Shown piece by piece: positions 58,754 through 64,000 of a DNA stretch of 64,000 nucleotides (its first letter is position 1; each line of letters opens with the position of its first letter). Below the pieces are notes generated by a model that did not search any database, had not been told where the DNA came from, and saw only the letters and a program-made list of their open reading frames with translations. Origin of the DNA: an uncultured Pseudomonadota bacterium (GTDB lineage: Bacteria > Oederibacteriota > Muellerivitia > Muellerivitales > Muellerivitaceae); contig CAWIIP010000002.1 in the NCBI GenBank assembly GCA_963836235.1, forward strand, positions 1,120,001 to 1,184,000, read 5' to 3'. Both the position numbers and the translations under genes were made by a program.

Positions 58754-61298
58754 AAGAACTCCCAAAGCTCAACCTGATTTACTGGATGTTACGGCAAAGC
58801 TGAGGACTGGACCTTGCGTCCCCGCATTGAGGGAAGCCGTTAAGGCCTGGCAGGCGGGAGGCTATAAAGGCACCACCGAAACAACCCGAAGGTTACTCAA
58901 CTTTTGGTTCGAGACCGACCACAAACTGTCGAATGGTAGGCCTTTTAAGTATCACCACTCCCAGCGGGAAGCCTTCGAGACGCTTATCTTCGTTTGGGAA
59001 TACGAGAAAGTCCGTACTCGCAAGGCTCTCTTAGAACGGTACGCCACTAGCCTCAAAAATCTTCGCCTTCCAACCTATGACGAGTTCGCCCGTTATTGCA
59101 TCAAGATGGCAACGGGCTCCGGTAAGACCAAGGTAATGTCTCTGGTGGTAGCTTGGCAGTTCTTCAATGCTCAATGCGAAGAGCCGGAAGAAGCAAAACA
59201 ATATGCAAAGACCTTTCTCATCATTGCCCCCAACGTCATTGTTTTCGAGCGTCTCAAAACAGATTTTGAGGGTGGCCGAATTTTTCGGACTGACCCTATC
59301 ATCCCCAAGTTCTTTGAAATCTTTTGGGATTTTGATGCCGTCATGCGCCATGACGGTCAAAAGGCTCATAGCGAAGGAATGTTGTTTCTTTCAAATATTC
59401 AGCAGTTTTATGAGCGGTTGCAAAACATTAAATACAATGAACCGGAAGAGATGACGGCGGTTTTGGGAACCAAGCCGAGTTTGGCTAAGCTGGAGGTTTC
59501 GGATTTTTCGGAGCGCATCGGCTTGAGGGCGGGAAACTTGATGGTCATCAACGATGAAGCCCATCACACGCATGACGAAGAAAGCGAATGGAACACCATC
59601 ATCCGGCGGCTCCACCAGAAATCACCCATTGCTATGCAGGTCGATTTTTCGGCCACTCCCCGTTTTCAAAAGGGTCAACTTTTTCCTTGGATCATTTCCG
59701 ATTATCCCCTTAAACAAGCCATTCTGGACGGGATTGTCAAACGTCCATTTAAGGGAATCGCCCATATCCAAGAAGCCAAATCCAAGACGGCTAGCGTCCG
59801 CTACAAAGGATTCCTGGTAGCCGGGGTTGAGCGGTGGCGTGAATACAAAGAACAATTAGGGCCGCTCAAGAAAAAACCCATCCTATTCGTCATGCTGAAT
59901 GATACGGATGAGGCGGATGATGTAGGCGATTGGCTTCAAACTAAATACCCTAAGGAATTTGGGGAAGATAAAACCCTCGTCATCCACACGGACAAATCGG
60001 GGGAAGTCTCTAAGACCGACTTGGATAAAGCTCGCATTGCCGCCCATGAGGTCGACGACGATCAAAGTCCCGTCAATGCCATTGTCAGTGTGTTAATGCT
60101 TCGTGAAGGATGGGACGTGCAGAACGTCACAGTGGTCGTTGGATTGCGACCTTACACGGCCAAGGCCAATATCTTACCCGAACAAACCATAGGGCGGGGT
60201 TTACGGTTGATGTTCCGGGGCCATGGCAATGGTTATACCGAACGGGTGGATGTGATTGGGAACAATGCCTTTATTTCTTTCGTGGACGACCTGGAAAAAC
60301 TTGAAGACATCAAGCTGGATTCTTTCGATGTCGGTAAGGATAAACTTTCAATTGTCTCTATCATGGTTGACCCGAGCAAAAAGAAATTTGATATCGGATT
60401 GCCGCTCATATCTCCTGTCATGGTGCGAAAGAAAAGCTTGGCTGATGAAATCGCGGAATTGGATGTCATGCGGTTTCAGACTCCGAAACTCCCCATCAAG
60501 AAAGGCGATTCCGAGGAAACCACCTTCACCTACGAGGGATTCGACTACATCACGTTGGTCAAGGAAGTAGAACGGAAATACACGATTCCCGAACCCCAAA
60601 CACCCCAGGAAGTCATCGGCTACTATGCCCGGCAGATTGCCCAGGAAGTCAAACTGCCCTCTCAATTCGCGGCTTTGGTTCCGAGAATAAAAGAATTTTT
60701 TGAAAAAAAGGCTTTTGGTAGGACTGTCAATCTGGAAGAAACCGAAATCCTGAAGGCCATGACTACCAACGTTTCACAATATGTTTGCGTACAAGCTTTC
60801 AAGAAGGAACTGCAAAGCAAGATTGTATCGGAACAGACTCCAAAGATAGAAGGAAAGGACAGACTTTTGTCTGATCTAAATCCCCCATTCCCTTGGGGAA
60901 GACCGGTATATGAGAGTAAGAAAACTATTCTTAATCTTGTGCCTTGTGATAACGAATTTGAACGTACCTTTGCTAAGTTCCTGGATAAAGCGAAAGACGT
61001 GAAAGCCTTCTCTAAAATTCCTCAAAGTTTTGGTTTCTCGATCGACTACGTGGACGGCAATTATAACCAAAGAAGCTACCATCCCGACTTTGCGGCGATT
61101 GCCGAAGATGGAACCAATTGGCTTTTGGAAACAAAAGGTCAAGAAGGCGAAGAAACCAAGTTCAAGGACGCGGCGGCGGAACGTTGGTGTGAGAACGCGA
61201 CTGCATTGACAAAAAATACTTGGCGCTATAAGAAGATCCCCCAAAAGAAATTTATGGAATTAGAACCGGATTCCTTGGCGGATATCGAAGTTATTTAA
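58734..61298 (+). CDS. res: Type III R-M restriction subunit (Res)
   Basis: 'MATGSGKT', 'NDEAHH', 'SATP', 'LREGWD', 'EQTIGRGLR', nuclease 'PDF...LETKG'. Confidence 0.88.
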   Translation: MPKRKSKRTPKAQPDLLDVTAKLRTGPCVPALREAVKAWQAGGYKGTTETTRRLLNFWFETDHKLSNGRPFKYHHSQREAFETLIFVWEYEKVRTRKALLERYATSLKNLRLPTYDEFARYCIKMATGSGKTKVMSLVVAWQFFNAQCEEPEEAKQYAKTFLIIAPNVIVFERLKTDFEGGRIFRTDPIIPKFFEIFWDFDAVMRHDGQKAHSEGMLFLSNIQQFYERLQNIKYNEPEEMTAVLGTKPSLAKLEVSDFSERIGLRAGNLMVINDEAHHTHDEESEWNTIIRRLHQKSPIAMQVDFSATPRFQKGQLFPWIISDYPLKQAILDGIVKRPFKGIAHIQEAKSKTASVRYKGFLVAGVERWREYKEQLGPLKKKPILFVMLNDTDEADDVGDWLQTKYPKEFGEDKTLVIHTDKSGEVSKTDLDKARIAAHEVDDDQSPVNAIVSVLMLREGWDVQNVTVVVGLRPYTAKANILPEQTIGRGLRLMFRGHGNGYTERVDVIGNNAFISFVDDLEKLEDIKLDSFDVGKDKLSIVSIMVDPSKKKFDIGLPLISPVMVRKKSLADEIAELDVMRFQTPKLPIKKGDSEETTFTYEGFDYITLVKEVERKYTIPEPQTPQEVIGYYARQIAQEVKLPSQFAALVPRIKEFFEKKAFGRTVNLEETEILKAMTTNVSQYVCVQAFKKELQSKIVSEQTPKIEGKDRLLSDLNPPFPWGRPVYESKKTILNLVPCDNEFERTFAKFLDKAKDVKAFSKIPQSFGFSIDYVDGNYNQRSYHPDFAAIAEDGTNWLLETKGQEGEETKFKDAAAERWCENATALTKNTWRYKKIPQKKFMELEPDSLADIEVI

Positions 61299-61762
61299 GT
61301 TTCTCGAACGTGAGCCTGCCGTAATATCCACTCTTCTAACGCAACTCTAGGTATTAGCGTTTTGCGTCCCAGCTTGATAAAGGGAAAAGGGTCTTCCATT
61401 TCTGAAGCTCTATAAACCATGTCGTTTACAGTGGTCGTTGGCAAGCCGTAGTTTTTAAGCTCGGCGGGCCGCAAAAACACTTTCTCGGACTCGCCGAAAA
61501 GCTTCTTGTGATTAATGGTTATATTGCTGATTGGTAGGGTATAGGCCTTTTCGGGTTTGGGTTCTCGGATAGTTGGATTTTTTACGGATGTTTTCGTTGT
61601 AGTCTTTTGTTGCTTTTTGCTTTTAACTGTTGATAAGACGGATTCGGAAATATTTTGAGTTTCGAGTTTGGATTTATCATCTTCTTTTAAGTCCCATTCT
61701 TGGAGAAGATCCACAAATTCCGCCAAGCCATTCAAAGCCTCTTCAACTTCCGCCATTGTCAT
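61295..61762 (-). CDS. Protein with C-terminal excisionase-like HTH
   Basis: 'FLRPAEL..YGL..TTV...PFPFIKLGRKTLIPR..LEEWI'. Confidence 0.65.
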   Translation of the reverse strand: MTMAEVEEALNGLAEFVDLLQEWDLKEDDKSKLETQNISESVLSTVKSKKQQKTTTKTSVKNPTIREPKPEKAYTLPISNITINHKKLFGESEKVFLRPAELKNYGLPTTTVNDMVYRASEMEDPFPFIKLGRKTLIPRVALEEWILRQAHVRET

Positions 61763-62034
61763 TTCCCGTTTTCCTTGTTCTTCCAGCAGCGCTTTTCCTT
61801 TCAGGAAAAGCTCGTCCGGGAATATGGAAGAGTAAGTGTGATTTTTAAATTTTTCATGTTGTGAAGTATAACCAAAAATTATTTTTTATTCTGATGTACG
61901 TTTTTGGTTTCTCCGGAAAATTCATCCCTTGAAAAATAAAAGGATTTCGGAAGTTTTGAAATCTTTTTTAATATTAATGATGTACGATATACATTGCTTT
62001 TTATTTGACGATTTTCGCGAGGAGGAATATACCA

Positions 62035-62235
62035 ATGCCCATGAAGAAAAAACGTGGACGTAAAAGTCTCGGAGGCTTACGGATCATCCTTCGGCTGACT
62101 TCCCAGGAAGTGGAACTCCTGGAAAAGCGGCAGCAGGAGACCGGCCTTAGCCGCACCGAGATGATTCGAAGGGCCATCGACCATTACTGGTCCGAGAAAC
62201 GCCACGAAACCAATTGGGAACCCCCTAAGAGATAG
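62035..62235 (+). CDS. Ribbon-helix-helix (CopG-like) protein
   Basis: 'RIILRLT.QE...L......GLSRTEMIRRAID.Y'; RBS ggagg. Confidence 0.8.
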   Translation: MPMKKKRGRKSLGGLRIILRLTSQEVELLEKRQQETGLSRTEMIRRAIDHYWSEKRHETNWEPPKR

Positions 62236-62295
62236 TTCGTCTCCCCAAGGCTCAAAGCTCAAGGAGATAGCGGGCTTACGGGGCGCGGGGCGGAC

Positions 62296-64000
62296 ATGAC
62301 GAAGAAAGATTGGGAGTGGTTCAACCAGCTTGTTTTACTTCCGTTGGCACTCCCCTTTATTTTTATAGGCCTCAATTTCCTCTGGCCCTTTTTCGGGGCC
62401 GAGAACCTGGACGGAGTCATCCCGGACCCGGACTTGGTCAACCGCCACTTCATGGGACCGGTTACATTGATTTTCGCCGTTCCTTACGTTCTCGTCTTCC
62501 TGTTCAGGAAGAGCGAGAACGTCCTCTTGCCAACCAAGTTGGCCGTCTGCCCCACTATGGCGATTGCTGTCCTAGACCCCCTATTTTCGACCTACAGTAA
62601 GCTTTACCTCGTTTCTGTCGCCCTCTTGAGCATCCTTGGCTTGTTCGGGCTTTTCTGGAAGACAGTCAAAAAGAAGAAAGAGGAATGGGGACCATATCCC
62701 TTAGTTCTTGATTCCAACTTAAAGAACATCCTCTCCACGTTCTCATTACATGAGAACGTCCAAATAGTCGGGGGAACCGGCACCGGCAAGACCCATTACG
62801 TCATCAAACCCTTCATCGAACAGACCATTCGACAGAACCTGGGTTGTTTCATCCTGGACGTCAAAAGCAACATGCTCCCGGACGTGGCCTATTACGCCTT
62901 CAGGGCTCATGGCCGCTTCATCCGCCATTTCACCTTGGCCGATATCTTCAATTCCCACAGCTACAATGGGCTTTACGGCAATAACCCGGACGCTATCGCC
63001 AACCGGGCTTTCGCGGCCCTCTATTACGACATCAGGGGCACCGAACCCTACTACCGGGACTTGGCCGAAACCTACCTCCACAACCTTATTGGGTTACTCA
63101 AAAAAGAGATTAAGACCCTTACCTTCCAGGACCTTCTCACCTGTACCCAGGAAGTGGATACCTTCAAGACGATTGCTTGGTTCTGCTCCAAATACCCCGA
63201 CACTCATTACGCTAGGTACTTCCAAGAGCAGTGGCTTGATAAATCCCCTAAGGATCGCCGCACGGAGCTTTCAGGCCTCTTGAACAAACTCCAAAGGTTC
63301 TGCAACAGCGAATGGTCCCATCTGCTCAATGTCCGCGAACCCGACATCAAGATGGAAGAAGTGGTGAAGCAGGGCCAGGTCTTCCTGTTTTCCCCGGACT
63401 CCGCCCGTTACCCACAAGACGCCAAGCCTCTCTGTATCCTGGCCATGATGGACTTGGCCGAGCAATTGGCCGACCGCTACAAGGTAGCGCCGGAAAAACC
63501 CTTCCGGGTTTTCCTGGACGAGTTCTACAACTTGGCTTACCCCAAGTTCATCGACTTCATCAACAAGTGCCGGGAAGCCCAGGTGAACCTCTTCTTGGCC
63601 CACCAGTCCTTGGGAGACTTGAGAGGCGTTTCCGAGGAATTCCTGGAACAGGTCATGAACACCGCTAGTAACAAGATCATCCTCCGAGTGAACGACCCGG
63701 ACACGGCGGAATCCTTCTCCCGGCAGTTTGGGACGGAACTCGACCAGGACGCCAGGGTGACTTCCTACAAGGCGGACCACACCCTGGCCGGGTATAGCGT
63801 CCCCATTACAGAAAAATTCAGGTTCCACCCCAACCGGATCAAGGAACTCAAGGTAGGTCAAGCCATCGTCAAGGCTATGGGGCAATCAGGGGTCCGTATC
63901 TTCCAAACCAACCTACGGCAGGCCGGCAAGCCGTGGGCTGGGTTCAATCCGAATACCGCCTTGGCCCATAGGGGCCGTCGCGAGGGAAACGAAACTTCGC
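62296..64000 (+). CDS. VirD4/TraD-like type IV coupling protein, partial (runs off window; absent from ORF track)
   Basis: Hand-translated: N-terminal TM helices, Walker A GGTGTGKT (62770-62793), 'FLDEF' (63511-63525), 'KCREAQVNLFLAHQSLGDL', 'DPDTAESFS'. Confidence 0.85.
   Translation, partial: MTKKDWEWFNQLVLLPLALPFIFIGLNFLWPFFGAENLDGVIPDPDLVNRHFMGPVTLIFAVPYVLVFLFRKSENVLLPTKLAVCPTMAIAVLDPLFSTYSKLYLVSVALLSILGLFGLFWKTVKKKKEEWGPYPLVLDSNLKNILSTFSLHENVQIVGGTGTGKTHYVIKPFIEQTIRQNLGCFILDVKSNMLPDVAYYAFRAHGRFIRHFTLADIFNSHSYNGLYGNNPDAIANRAFAALYYDIRGTEPYYRDLAETYLHNLIGLLKKEIKTLTFQDLLTCTQEVDTFKTIAWFCSKYPDTHYARYFQEQWLDKSPKDRRTELSGLLNKLQRFCNSEWSHLLNVREPDIKMEEVVKQGQVFLFSPDSARYPQDAKPLCILAMMDLAEQLADRYKVAPEKPFRVFLDEFYNLAYPKFIDFINKCREAQVNLFLAHQSLGDLRGVSEEFLEQVMNTASNKIILRVNDPDTAESFSRQFGTELDQDARVTSYKADHTLAGYSVPITEKFRFHPNRIKELKVGQAIVKAMGQSGVRIFQTNLRQAGKPWAGFNPNTALAHRGRREGNETS

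Larger units (their letters stand above)
42447..64000. mobile_element. Integrative (ICE/IME-like) genomic island with defence-type cargo; right end outside the window
   Basis: Begins at a broken tRNA with arm-site-like repeats; AT-rich cargo; RadC, excisionase-like HTH, RHH and VirD4/TraD-like gene; integrase and relaxase not seen in window. Confidence 0.82.

Overview
Bacterial chromosomal window from a diderm organism (outer-membrane beta-barrels, lipoproteins, system II cytochrome c biogenesis); taxon not assignable from sequence alone. Positions 1-42.4 kb are mostly core genes (purE, ppc, Sua5/TsaC, M32 carboxypeptidase, ccsA/resB, livG/livF, ald, serS). They are interrupted by a vapBC pair, an AT-rich NotI-like endonuclease/adenine methylase pair wedged between two antitoxins that have lost their toxins, tandem TPR-beta-barrel paralogues and a beta-barrel/NHL-lipoprotein cluster. 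At 42415-42454 only the 5' half of a tRNA-Ser(TGA) is present. It breaks at the anticodon loop and is followed by arm-site-like repeats, marking the left end of an integrative, probably mobilisable element that runs past the window end (VirD4/TraD-like coupling protein, RHH and excisionase-like HTH at the right edge). Its cargo looks like a defence island: orphan AbiEi, primase-helicase, AAA-DUF4143, a type IV TA-like pair, FRG, PIN, a ClpP-fold protease, RadC, GNAT-PIN-PUA-like plus ASCH, and type III R-M. The most unusual signals are the unrepaired tRNA half, a non-attC intergenic repeat separating single-gene cassettes at 49.6-51.75 kb, and the GNAT-PIN/ASCH/type III R-M operon. All product calls come from motif recognition by eye; no database searches were run.
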